A stretch of DNA of 63,582 nucleotides, filler included, from Dicyema japonicum (taxonomy: Eukaryota > Animalia > Dicyemida): NCBI GenBank assembly GCA_011109175.1. It is 5 parts of 5 records of this genome, joined end to end, with 100 filler letters (N's around TTAATTAATTAA, not from the genome) between each part and the next. Parts side by side here need not be neighbours in the genome. Positions count along the whole stretch, not along the records: positions 1 to 27,765 come from RDEW01000023.1; 4 more parts are not named here. The stretch is one strand, 5' to 3'. The position numbers were made by a program, and so were the translations under genes. Shown one piece after another: positions 11,600 to 23,509 of the stretch. Position 1 is the stretch's first letter, and each line of letters begins with the position of its first letter. Under the pieces are notes generated by a model. That model made no database searches, was not told where the DNA came from, and saw nothing but the letters and a program-made list of their open reading frames with translations.

Positions 11600-12400
11600 T
11601 CTTGCACTTAAAAGAATTGTGTGGCTTACACGAGCGAAACCCTAGGCACTTGTAGGTGCTTATGGCAACGCGGTGCTAGTTTATATTTTACGTTACGTTA
11701 CAAAAATATCAGGTTTGTTGCATTGAACTTTGTTTCTGTCATAATTGACATACCAATTCGGATTTCAACATTCTGCGTCGATATTATACACTGAACCGAG
11801 TGAGCCTTTATCTTTCTTCCATTTTTAATACCATAGACTCGACACAATTGTAGATGGATACACGTTACAACTTCGTTGTGTCTTCGAAGATAGTCACTGT
11901 TTAACATTGTACCAAACTGGGTGGCCAAATGGTCAACAGTTTTCCTGCTTTTTTGCAGTGATTGCATAAAGACCCCATGGATGCGAAAAATAAACTCCGC
12001 AGACCGTTGTTTCCTTAGATACCACTCTGAGGACGTAGCTAGGTCTACATTTTGTTCTTCCATACATTTGAAAAACACAGAATGTAGCACTTGAAAATTG
12101 ATGTTTTTAAGCAAATATTTTCTTTGAGAATCTTTGATAAGCTCAATCATACCATATTCTCCATATCCGAGATTGCATATTGAGAAGGCGAAAGAATGAA
12201 TTGTAGCTAAGTGCCATTTATTTGATTTTATCACTCACAGGATTCCCGACCTCCGTAAGCATACTGTCGAATGTTTTCTAAACTTCCAGGAACTGGAAGA
12301 GCATCAGTTCACTCTTGAAGGAAACCGAAGCAAGTTCCCACCCAAAGACTTCCGGTTAGATATAACCTCTCTTTATTTGCAGAATAACTCAATTACAATA
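11600..12400 (-). mobile_element. R4-like RLE retrotransposon 3' part (RT thumb, CCHC, 3' UTR)
   Basis: NKERLYL (frameshifted continuation), KTVDHLATQ, DYLRRHNEVVTCIHLQLC, HSVQ, VEIR. Confidence 0.85.
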
Positions 12401-12446
12401 ACAAAGTATAATCTCATTTTATGAGTCTTTTATTGAGAAATAAATA

Positions 12447-12665
12447 TTGTATACACAGCTTACCCGAAAAATCGATCCCGAAAAAGACCACGTATTACTC
12501 AACACTCTAACTTTGATTGGGAAAGGGTTGACATCGGAAGAAGATCTTGAGCTTCTGAGGGAACTATCGAGGGACAGAAGGAACTGGAAGCGATTAACAA
12601 AACGAATCCAGGAGAGGATGGCACAAGCGAGGATCAAGGGAGATCGGCAGTCTAAGTATTGCTGA
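12447..12665 (+). mobile_element. RTE-like LINE 3' end
   Basis: LTSEEDLELLRELSRDRRNWKRLTKRI, a typical RTE C-terminus; related copies at 3712 and 58000. Confidence 0.7.
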
Positions 12666-12673
12666 GGATAAAT

Positions 12674-12745
12674 GGTTCCATGGTGTAGCGGTTATCACTT
12701 CGGACTTTGAATCCGGCAACCCGAGTTCGAATCTCGGTGGAACCT
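12674..12745 (+). tRNA. tRNA-Gln (anticodon TTG)
   Basis: GGTTCCA/TGGAACC acceptor stem, TCGGA-CTTTGAA-TCCGG anticodon arm, GTTCGAATC T-loop, followed by an oligo-T terminator. Confidence 0.97.
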
Positions 12746-13379
12746 TTTTGCATTATTTTCCTAAACTTTATTTTTTCAAGCTATATATACAATTTTAAAT
12801 ACAATAAATTAGTGACTACTTAAACATTGCCATCCCTTTGACGTTCTTTTACTATTTTCACTAGCTTAGAATAGAATAGTTTATCACTTAATTAAGAGAG
12901 GAGGAGAAGAGCCAAACGCAACCAAAACGACGAAAGAACGAGTTTGTTTGCTGATTGGGGTCTACCTCTAATGGGACACCAGATGTCCCTTCGATGAAAT
13001 AACAACCTCTTATATCACTATTTATTTAAGTGGTGCAACAATTTTTCAATAGATCGTACGGATCACTCAACTTCAGAGTTAGTTTGAATTTTAAATCAAA
13101 GCCATGCGCCAATTTGATAGAATATCGCCGCGTTTTATCCAAATGTTCAACGTGTTTCTTTCCTTCACAGCTTTCGAACCGTCCTTGAAATCCATAGATC
13201 AGGAAAAGCTCTATACACGCAGAGTATACGTATAGAACGTTTCCGGTTTCAACCGAAATCTTGTGAGAGCTTTCAGCATTGCAGTAAGCTTTCTTCTCTC
13301 TGCTGATTATATGAGTCTTAAATGATCCAGATGCATCCAAATCTATTCCGAGATATTTTAAATAGTCTCATCCGACCTT

Positions 13380-13870
13380 CTGAAATATTCACCTGACTCA
13401 CTCTCGATGATAATGGCTGAAATTTTCAACGGCTGTTTTCGACATCATTGTTTGCTCCATTGGGCGAGAGATTATTAATCCCTATTCAAAAGCCGGAAAA
13501 ACAAAGGGGTGACCTGAGAAACCTGAGGCCGATAGTTCTGCTGACTACTACGAGGAAATGTCTGTCGATCATTGCACTTGACAGAATATCCAAATACGTC
13601 AATCAATATCTGTCCTCGAATTGACCTCAGAAAAGCGTTCGATTTCATTGATCGGAATAAACTACTCACCTTGCTTATGAATATTGTTGATGAAGATAGT
13701 GTACAAATAATTCGGTTACTTCTATTAGATACTTCTCTTCGTGTAAAACTTGGAATGACACAATCCCAAAAATTTGTCACTAATACTGGAATCCCCCAAA
13801 AGATTCACTATCCCGATTTTATTCATATATACTTTTAAGCTGCTTTGAGAGAATTGAGAAACAAACTTGG
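13380..13870 (+). mobile_element. RTE-like RT fragment
   Basis: GDLRNLRPIVLLTT.RK, IDLRKAFDFIDRNKLL, TGIPQ. Confidence 0.8.
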
Positions 13871-14119
13871 ATCACTTTATGATGATATATCACAGAACTT
13901 TATAATCTTTGTCGATATGGGTCACTTCTCGTGGTGGCAAATGATAGTTTCTCGTGGAATTAACTACCAAAAGACCCACAACCGCCCCCCTGTCGGATCG
14001 GATATCTCCGTGACGTCGGTGGCAGCAGCAGGCGCGAAGCCGTTGCTCCCAAGGACCTCTCTTTTACACCGAACTCGTTTCCTCTTCCGGAGACATCGAA
14101 CAAAATCCTGGACCCGCCA

Positions 14120-14697
14120 GGAAGAACCTACTTCGTATCCTGCAAGTAAACATAAATGGGATCGCTCACAAGACTACTGAATTTTGTTCCTTCATGGAGA
14201 AGTACGATGTGGACATTGCTTTGGTGCAAGAAACGAAGCTCTCATCCAAAAACCGTCTGCCCGATTTCCCGGGTTACTCATACATCCGGCGAGACAGACC
14301 GAACTCTGTAAATGGCGGGGGCCTTTTAACTCTTATCAGAAAATCAATCCCTTTCACTAACTGTACCCCACAAGCCTACTCGCTAATCGATAATGACCCA
14401 GTGATTGAGCTGACAGCTATAACGGTCTCTACAGGGTCTTCAACTAGAAGACTGATCAATATGTACATTCCTCCGCATTCATCCTGTCCTCACGGTTGGA
14501 CTCCTTCCATTCAAAACCTTCAGTCCTTCAGCAATGTCATTATTTGTGGTGATATGAACGCAAAGAGCCCGATTTGGCTAAAAAATCAATGCCTCAACTC
14601 AAGAGGATCTCTTCTATTTGATCAATTTGATGGTTTAGTCATCCTCAACAACCCCTCATCTCATACCAGAACCCCGTCAAGAAAAGGCGACGCAATC
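14120..14697 (+). mobile_element. LINE (I/Jockey-like) apurinic endonuclease domain
   Basis: LRILQVNING, VQETKL, RRDR, GGGLL, NMYIPP, ICGDMNA, TR; truncated by an N gap. Confidence 0.9.
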
Positions 14698-14943
14698 NNN
14701 NNNNNNNNNNNNNNNNNNNNNNNNNNNNNNNNNNNNNNNNNNNNNNNNNNNNNNNNNNNNNNNNNNNNNNNNNNNNNNNNNNNNNNNNNNNNNNNNNNNN
14801 NNNNNNNNNNNNNNNNNNNNNNNNNNNNNNNNNNNNNNNNNNNNNNNNNNNNNNNNNNNNNNNNNNNNNNNNNNNNNNNNNNNNNNNNNNNNNNNNNNNN
14901 NNNNNNNNNNNNNNNNNNNNNNNNNNNNNNNNNNNNNNNNNNN

Positions 14944-17361
14944 AATGGTGGCCAACGTCAACGTTTGAGTGAAGGAGACATTAAACAGACCAATATTCTT
15001 TTATTCTTGTGGTTGATTTTAAAAATTTATATTCAAATAGGAAATTTTATTAATTTATACGGATCTAATGGAACATTATTTTTCGATATTAAATTACTTA
15101 AACATTTTCAAGACGTTACATGGAGATTCAAAGCTAACTTAGGTAATTTAATTAGCATGAACTTCAAATATTCAAATAATTATTCACAAACATGCATCCC
15201 TGGGAATATCGTTTTTTATGTGACAAATAATCGCGAAAAAATAAAAAATCAAAAAGGTTCTAAATTTATAAAACTATATAAATCAGTTGACTTATGTGAA
15301 AATAAAATTGACCAAAAAATCCAAGGTTCTTTGATTACAATGACAGTAAATAACATTCCAAAAATCAAAATATTAACCTATGGTTTCTTTTAGCGGTTAG
15401 ATAATGAGATTTTATCCATTATAGAGATATGTGGTGGGAAATATTGTCATAAATAATGTTTACAACATAGAATACCCGAAAAGGAATCTTAATTCGGAAA
15501 TTTTCTGTCACTGGAAATTAAAATCAGCAGACAGCCGCCAAAAACTAGAAATACATTTTTTATGTTTTTGACGTATAAATTTTTTTTAAATTCGTTACCA
15601 GATAGAAGAATCAAATCAATGTAAGAAAACTTATTTGGAAATTTATACTAAAAACAAATCAGATTCTTCTTTTTATTGTGGAAAATTTATTCCAAAATCG
15701 TTTATCGCTAACGATGCTGAGGAAATCAACTTAATATTTTATAGTAAATACATTTTGAACTCATCAAATTTCTTGTCTGTTTACAGCGTTTTATATTACT
15801 GAAAGTTATTAAAAATAATAGAAATTGACGAATGTGCTTCTGGGACTGATTTATGTGATCAAATATGTAGGAATACTGTGACAGGATATGAATGTGATTG
15901 TTATCCAGGTTATCAGCTAATCGAAAATGGTGTTGATTGTGAAGGTTTAATTTTGATTCATTTGTAAAAAAAATTAGAGTCATGTGGAGCACTTATCAAT
16001 GAAAATCAAGGAATTCTCACTTCTCCGAACTATCCTTCCAACTATCAAAACGGATTATCTTGCAAATGGACAATAATGTTAATAAACTCGTACGTAATTT
16101 ATCTAAAATTTGTTTTCTTCGATCTCGAATACGACCAAGTTTTTTATTTGTAAATATTTCTAAACAATTAAGTTTTTGTCGATATGATTACATAACTATT
16201 CACGCAGGAGAAGGCCATACCTATGGGAAATTTTGCGGAAATAAAATTCCTTCTCCAATCCAGACAAATACCAGCAGCATTCTTATTTCTTTCAATTCTG
16301 ATTATGAAGTTTCAGGGAAAGGATTCGAACTTTTATTTCAGATAGGTTTGAATCTTTATATCATTCACTACATCTAGATATCAACGAGTGCTCACTAGAG
16401 AATGGAAATTGTTCACATCTTTGTACGAATCTCTACAGAACGTATCAATGCTATTGTAGAGCAGGCTATGCTTTAGCAATTGACAAAAAAAGTTGTTCGA
16501 AGGTGAAATAAAAAACATTATTAAAACCGCAGACTCTTGCCGATACACAATTAAGAATATAACTTATACAATCGAAAGTCCCGGTGGCCTGCCGAGTATT
16601 TGCACAACAAGAATTGTTTTGGTCGTTTCAAACACCCCGGATTTCGTTTTGTACTTGTATTGATTAGGATTATAATTATCGGTTAAGACTGTTAATGAGT
16701 TCAGCATAGAAGAAAGCTACATGTGTAGATATGATTATATTGAAATCACTGAAATCATTAAAGGTCATATTTTCAGTCACGGAAAATTTGTGGGAAAAAA
16801 TTTTACGGACTCCTTTACAGTTTAACAAATAATATTAAAATAAATTTCGTTTTCTGATGGAGGATATAATGGCAAAGGATTTCAGATTCAAACTACTATT
16901 AGTTTAAATTAACTTTATTCTAATGAGCAGGTGCTATGCCTATTTTGAAAAGCAAACATAAAAACAAAAAGCCTCTACTCCCATCCATTTTATGAGGTTA
17001 CAGAATATGAAAGTCGAACAAGATACAAATGGTTGATATCTCTACCTGTCAATCTTCGTGCCAAGGCATCAATAGTTATAAAATTTGCTACATTTTCTTT
17101 AAGAAAATCACCAAAATTGCCGAGTAATTATAATACAAAGTATTTTAGATTTGATTCTGTTAAGATTTTCGAAGGGTCGTCAATACAAGTATCAAAAATT
17201 AGTTCTATGTGGAAAAGGAGTATTTTGATTAAAGGTTAATATTTATAGACTAGAGATACTATAAAGATGAATCTCCAGTAGTTCTAATATTATTTTCTTC
17301 TGACAATTCAGGATCTGATTTAGGTTTTCATATGCATTATTGGCTGGAATTTAAAAAATAA
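14944..17361 (+). CDS. Tolloid/BMP1-like metalloprotease: astacin C-terminal end, CUB-CUB-EGF-CUB-EGF-CUB-CUB; 5' part lost in gap
   Basis: GQRQRLSEGDIKQTNILYSC (BMP1 [20 protein letters not shown]). cbEGFs IDEC..C..C..N..GYEC.C.PGY and DINEC..NGNCSH.C. CUBs with SPNYPSNY, CRYDY, FCG, SD..GF. TAA at 17359-17361. Several homopolymer frameshifts. Confidence 0.88.
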
Positions 17362-17639
17362 GAAAGTTTATTAGTTGAATAGTTACCTCAACAAAAATTA
17401 AACAATCATTTAATGTTTTAGTATACAAGATTAAATTTTGTCTTAATTATATACTTTTTATATTCGCGGGAATTGTCTCTCAATCCTGCGAGCGGTTCTG
17501 TCTAGGGTTTCTTTTTTCCATTACCAGATTGTTTTATATAACGAGTCATTATTGGCTTTAAAAAATATTTCATTCAAAAAATTTCGAATTGTCGGCGAAG
17601 AAAAGGTAAGATTCTATAAACAAGATTCTATGAACGAAG

Positions 17640-17940
17640 GAGCTCCGAAGTGGGAACAAATAGTGGGATGAAAATTATGAGACTAAACCTCCCTGGAGAC
17701 AGCTGAGCTGCGAACTACTATGGAAAAGAAAGTTAATGATTATTTATCCTGCCTTTAATTGTTTTCTTTAAAAATGTGTAGCAATTTAATGACCTGGAAA
17801 GAGTCGTTTCCAAGTTTTTTAAGTACTAGTTTGAAAAGTTATATATTGAAGAAGGAACTTGGATCTACATACAGTCAGTCGTATTGAAGAAAACTTTGAA
17901 AAGTATGATGGTGGAACCAGGCATAGGATTCAAAATCACT
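17640..17940 (+). mobile_element. R4-like element C-terminal fragment
   Basis: MTW..VVSKF..IYIQSVVLKKTLKS matches the C-terminus of the R4-like family. Confidence 0.55.
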
Positions 17941-18083
17941 GAAGAAGGAAATAAACTCAGCCGGGAGTTTATAATCGACGCAAGTCATTCGTATGAAGAC
18001 AATATGGAAAGTGAGGAAAAAATTGTAACTGATTCTGGAGATAGAAAAAAAGAGAGCGGTTTTGGTTATCTCTTTCTCTAAAA

Positions 18084-18310
18084 CAGCGATTCCCAACCGG
18101 GGTGCCGCGAGATCTGGTTTAGGTGCCGCGAGATTTTTAATATTTAAATTAAAAATTATTTATATGCTGAGCTTATATCTAAAAACCGTAAGAATCACAC
18201 TATTGGAAAAAAATTGATATTACCCGCTTGCAAAATTATTGTTAGTAAACTTTTTGGAGAGGAAGCAACCAAACAGATTGACAATATTCCTTTATCGAGG
18301 TATTACATAC
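18084..18310 (+). mobile_element. Buster-type hAT 5' end (same family as 21950-22758), truncated
   Basis: CAGCGATTCCCAACC..GTGCCGCGAGATCTGG is nearly identical to 21950; KNHTIGK.LILPACK remnant. Confidence 0.85.
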
Positions 18311-18434
18311 AAAGATAAAAATATTTTAGTGAACGTAGCGGATTGATAGTTTTTATTTTATCAGAATCCCTGTGACATGTTACGTGTGTTGTGGTAAGAT
18401 GTAATTGGAGTGTTCGGGGTTTTTTAGAATTTAN

Positions 18435-18690
18435 AAAAAAAATGAGAACAAGGTTAGGTGCAAGCTAGGCTGAAAGGGTAGTCGAGAGCCTAAGGGTCAG
18501 CTAAACGATGCCGCACTGCGTATTGAATGGCTGTTTGGGTAGTAATCGTCGCCGAAAAAGAGTCAAGATGCACCTTCCTGACAACTCGATCGCCGATGTT
18601 TCATTGAATTAAATTTCGATTAAAACAGAAAAAAGTTGCTAAAAGACTTTTTCTTGATCAAATGATGTATGAAGATCTTAACAACTCGGC
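18435..18690. repeat. Dispersed LTR-like/structured repeat, copy A
   Basis: The core at 18444-18530 is shared with 34635-34721. Confidence 0.5.
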
Positions 18691-18749
18691 ATCTGGCAAC
18701 CCCCATTTTTAAATCTAACAGAGAATTTTATTAAAAATCATTTAAAAAA

Positions 18750-19994
18750 TTATTTAGGTTCCTTGAGATTTTTCTTGCCTTTTATCTTAATTAATTCTTC
18801 GAAAACGCGGTTTTTGTTTGCTAGTGCAATTCTGAGATCGTTTTCAGGGCTAAGAGAGTTTCTGTTCTTATTTTTTATATATAGTAGAGATGAAAATCCA
18901 GATTCACATAGCCAAGTTGTTGCAAATGGTACCAGAACTTCCAGTGCTTTCTTTGGCAAGTTTCGGGAACCTACTTGCAAACCGCACCAAAAAACCTCCA
19001 AAGAATTTGAGTCGTACAACATTTTCAGTGATGTAGATGCTTGCAATTCAATTAAATTGTCTTTAACTTCTTTTCTATCATCCATATTTTCCATTTTGAA
19101 AACAAATGGATTAACGATCCAGGTATCAGAATCTTTAATAATTCCGTGTAGAAAATATCCATCAAATGAATTTTTTAAACGTCAGCATCATAATCAATAG
19201 ATAATTCTTTGAACAATCTATGATTCAAAGCTCTTCCTCGAATAAAATTCACAATTTTGACGCATGAATTTAAAACATTCTTCAACTTAATAGGCAAGGA
19301 CTTTGATACGAGTGCATGTCGATGAAGAATGCAGTGAGTAACTTTACATCTGGAACATGTTTTCTTAAAAGGGCTGCAAAGCCCGACTGTTCCCCAGCAT
19401 AACTGGAGCACCGTCCGTGCAAACTGATCCGATAATTTCCAATGGAATATCATGCACACGGTTTAATAAGAGTCTCGGCAATAGTATGCGGCTTATTCGA
19501 TTTGCAACTTCATACGTCTACTTGGAATGATGCTAAAAGTAGCGGTTTGTCAATGGAGGTAATCCATACTTCGGAAGCGTTCCTTAATATCGTATCTGAC
19601 CCTTTTTGCCTTCAAACATTCGAAATCATTTCCTGAACGTTTTATTCCCCCGTGCAAAACCAAAAAATGCTTGTTCAGCTTCGATGGTTTCAAATTAGAG
19701 TTAGAAAAGATTGCATCACAAAGGATGCACTGGGGTCGATCGATTCCATCAATGATTATTTTCTTAAAACCATAGTTAACATAGTCTTCATTCCATTTTC
19801 GAATTTTGAAACATGTTAACATAAAACCACGAGTTTTCAAAAATATATTTTAAAAAAATATAAATGTACTTAAATTTTCTTGCTATATATTTTATTTGTA
19901 AATCATTTAAATATATGTAAAAGTAATCATGATTTTTAAAATCGTTCCAGGCACCCCCTAAAAAATTTCAGGCACCCCCAATCAGGAAGCACTG
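18750..19994 (-). mobile_element. Buster/ZBED8-type hAT transposase, degenerate
   Basis: PQCILCDAIFSNSNLKPSKLNKH, HCILHRHALVSK, NFIRGRALNHRLFK, LVPFATTWLCESGFS. TIR CAGTGCTTCC at 19994 next to the NNNTANNN site ttctagat. Confidence 0.9.
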
Positions 19995-20566
19995 TTCTAG
20001 ATCAATCATTCCTGTGGCAGATACTTCTGACCGAAATGGCCATGACCATGTGCTGACCGAAATGGTGCTTTAAACAGCTCAAACTGTTGCTTTCGCAAAC
20101 ATGATATCCACCATTTCTTTTTCTGCCCATCGTCATCAGCTCTCGGAATCTCTGCATCATGAGAATAATCTCTTCTTAATGTAACCAAAACGCTCTGAAA
20201 TTATTAAATCTTCCAAATGAATTAAAAATTCCTAAATAATTTTAAATTTTAGGAATATCTGAAATATTTTCTAATTTCTAAATTAAAAAAATCATCATAA
20301 AGGTTATTTATATAATTCGTTTTTTGAGGTTTTTTTCGATTTATAAATGTATTTTTGTATTTTTCGAACTTTTATAAACTAATTCGTCGATAACTTCTCT
20401 TAAAAATTTCTTTTTTGACTTATTGATAAAGTAATGTTAAATTTAGTTTTTTTGTGAATTTTACTTGTATTTAAACAGTTAATTAATGTAATCATATCAT
20501 AAATAATTTGAATTGGATAACCTTACTGAATTTAAACCAAATAAATTCAAAGTTATTTAGTTCAGA

Positions 20567-21416
20567 ATGCTTTTATATCTTGCTGCTTTATTTTCAAAAT
20601 TCTTTAATGATCAAAATTCCTCACCAAAATTTGACTATAAAATTGAGAGATTAGATAAGGGCTATTTTTTCAATTGGATACAGCGATATTGCAAAAGTCC
20701 CGATTTGGACGGGTTATAAATTAACAAAAACAACATCTTATTGGTTTAATATAATAAAATCATTTTAAGGTTCTGCCAACCGAATGAGTTGCAATTTCAA
20801 AGTGGATGATGCAATTTCACCTCAATTTCAATCCAAAGACGCACACTATAGTCATTCAGGATATGACAAAGGGCATGCAGCACCTGCTGCTAATTTTAAA
20901 TTTGATCAAGTTAATTAAAAATACCTGATTTTTAATTAGAAAGCTATGTGTGATACCTTCTATTATTCAAATATGATGCCCCAGATCCGAGATTAAACAG
21001 GATAAGATGGAAAGCATTAGAAACAGTTATTAACGAATATGTACTAAATAATAATAAAGAATTGTATGTGATTACTGGTTCACATTTTAATCACCAGAAA
21101 CCAATACAGGTAATTAAATATTATTGAATCATATTTTAGAAAATTGGTTCTGATGTCTGGGTCCCGACAAATTGTTATAAATTAGTATTCACGCCCAGAC
21201 TTCTCACATTATGCTATATTTGTGATAGAAAATGTCGATCCGGATGCCAAGTTGAAACTTAAAAATTATAAAGTAAATTTATTTTTAAGAAATATCTGCT
21301 AGTACGATTTAACTACATTTAAAACGCATGATTATTTTGCTACATTTTCTCGAGATAAACTAAAAAATGGGCAAGACTTGTGCTTGCTCATTGATTGCGA
21401 GAATAACTTGCTTTGA
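20567..21416 (+). CDS. DNA/RNA non-specific endonuclease (EndoG/NucA beta-beta-alpha-Me family), possibly secreted
   Basis: P.WTGY.L, SGYDKGHAAPAAN, DTFYYSNMMPQ, LNR..WKALE, YVITG, VWVPTNCYKLV. Hydrophobic N-terminus MLLYLAALF. About 4 micro-introns. TGA at 21414-21416. Confidence 0.88.
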
Positions 21417-21949
21417 ATTAATCTTTCGATTCGTTAATCCACTAACCATTCAGCTTCTTTATTCTAAAATAATTGTCTACTAATTTCTCTATACATGCAC
21501 AACAATTGTACAATATTCCCAAAGAGAATGTGTTTTGCATGATCAGGCAGATTTTAGAGTTCTGAGGAACAGCTATAATACATCAAAATGTAGACAAATC
21601 AGTCACAAATATGATAGACTGTTGAAGCTATAGTAGCACAGAAACTGACTCACAATGTCAACCAGTCATATTACCTTTTACTGTGGACAAAAACGTTTAC
21701 AAACCACTGTTTTTAGAGAAGGAACCCGACTGCTTTGAATCTGACGAACCTCAGTATACAGTGTCACAAGTCAGGAGATTAAGAAGCATTGAGTCAATAT
21801 TTAAGAATATTTAGAATAAAATGGTGTTTGGTTGTTAGAATGTTGCATGCGAAGCATTCACTGTCTTGATAGAAACGTTTTTTTCTGTGTCCATGGGGTT
21901 ATTCTGCGATCATTGCAAGAAAGACAAAAAAACTGATGATCATCTAGCC

Positions 21950-22758
21950 CAGCGATTCCCAACCGGGTGCCGCGAGATCTGGCTTAGGTGCCGCGAGATT
22001 TTTAATATTTAAAATTATTTATATTTGTATAATAATATTTTTATTTAATTAAAAAACTTTTAAAAAAATTATAAAATTAAAATAGCTAGTTATGAGCAAT
22101 TTTTTGGTGTTTCAGACCTTCAATCTTCGGCGAATAAAAAAACAAAACAATAAGGTATATTGTATGCAGTAAAATTCTTTCAAATGATGGAATGGTCCCA
22201 TCTAAGATGAAAAGGCATTTAACCACTATGCATTCTCATTTAAAAGATAATAAATCATCATATTTCAAGAACATGTTAAAATTTACAGATTCAAAGTGCC
22301 ACATTCGTTAAAACACAGCACGTTTCTCAAAGAGCTTTAGAAGCTAGTTACCTCATTGCAGATCTCATATCTACCAACCGTAAGAATCACACTATTGGAG
22401 AAAAATTGGTATTACCTGCCTGCAAAATAAAATTTACTTTTTTCACGTTTCGAAAATAAAGAATATATTCTAAAAACATAAATTCTTTAAATAAGTCTTT
22501 ACAAGGAAATTTCGAGAATATGTTAACCTCAACTGATAAAATCCTTGGATTTAAAGAGTAACTTTTGTCAATTGAAGATGACCTCACGGTATGTTTGTCG
22601 CAAATTCGTCCCCGTCTGGAAATTTTGTGTACACATAAACAAGCACAAATGTCTTATTAGTTATTGTAATTAAAAAAGCATTTCTAAACTAATATGTGCC
22701 GCGAGAAAAAAAACTCTGGTTTTAGGCGCCGCGAGCTCAAAAAGGTTGGGAAACGCTG
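21950..22758 (+). mobile_element. Complete non-autonomous Buster-type hAT (internal deletion)
   Basis: TIRs CAGCGATTCCCAACC / GGTTGGGAAACGCTG and a perfect 8-bp TSD ATCTAGCC on both sides. BED and C-terminal transposase remnants inside. Confidence 0.97.
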
Positions 22759-22959
22759 ATCTAGCCAGTAAGTGTAGTTAAATGTTAAATAAGGATTACA
22801 TATAAAGATAAGTTTCATTAATTTTTTTAATTTTAAAGCATTTTTGTCAAATTATTTTTATTACCCGCGTTAGCTCATCTGTTTTAATGATCAAAGTCAG
22901 GATAAGTACCCTTCAGACCAATCAATACAAAATGATTTAAACTTGTCTAATTTATCGGA

Positions 22960-23140
22960 GATAGACAAGTTAGTCTTTTCAGCTTTCCAAGATTTAAGGG
23001 ATGATTCAATTCCAGTTTCGTGAACATTGTTAAAAAATATTGCGTTAAAAATCGCCGAAAAACTCAACTAGAACTCGTTTAAAGCATCAAATGGGTGGCT
23101 GGACCGTTTCAAAAGGAGGCATGAACTATTATTCAAAACT
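22960..23140 (+). mobile_element. Tigger/pogo HTH_CENPB fragment
   Basis: ALKIAEKL..FKASNGWLDRFKRRH. Confidence 0.75.
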
Positions 23141-23509
23141 CTTTATGGAGAGGCCAAGTCGTCTGACAGGTCATTGTTGCATACCTTTTTTGACCAGTAT
23201 GATTCCTATCACGAAACTTATGGACCAAGCAATAATTTGTTTTAGAAACATGAACAAAATTTTCTGAAGAACTAAAAACGAATGCTCCACCGAATACATG
23301 GGGGTCTGAAATTTGAATATTTGAAACTTTTTCAAAAGCAAAAAATTCTAACAATAGGTTCTGAAAGAAAACTTATCCCAGCAAGGAGTTGCCTTCGACT
23401 ACTATTTTTCAGAACGAGCCCTTTTATGGAGGCATTTAAGTTATCCACTACACTGTAGTATCCTGTAGTGACTACAGGATAATTTAGTTTTATCCTTAAT
23501 GAACAATTG

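Noticed and set aside
11617-11641. Hammerhead ribozyme reading of the stem-GAAAC motif
   Set aside because: The required CUGANGA core is absent.
12447-12745. LINE 3' end directly upstream of tRNA-Gln, suggesting tRNA-gene targeting
   Set aside because: Related 3' ends at about 3712 and 58000 have no adjacent tRNA; a single case is not evidence.
13026-13340. 104-aa ORF possibly from a ZMYM-type hAT
   Set aside because: No motif is strong enough to support a call.
14194-15393. 399-aa ORF fusing a LINE endonuclease to a Tolloid/CUB region
   Set aside because: The frame runs through 246 Ns, so the fusion is an ORF-calling artefact. The same applies to the long X-filled ORFs at 46959-48742 and 50618-51489.
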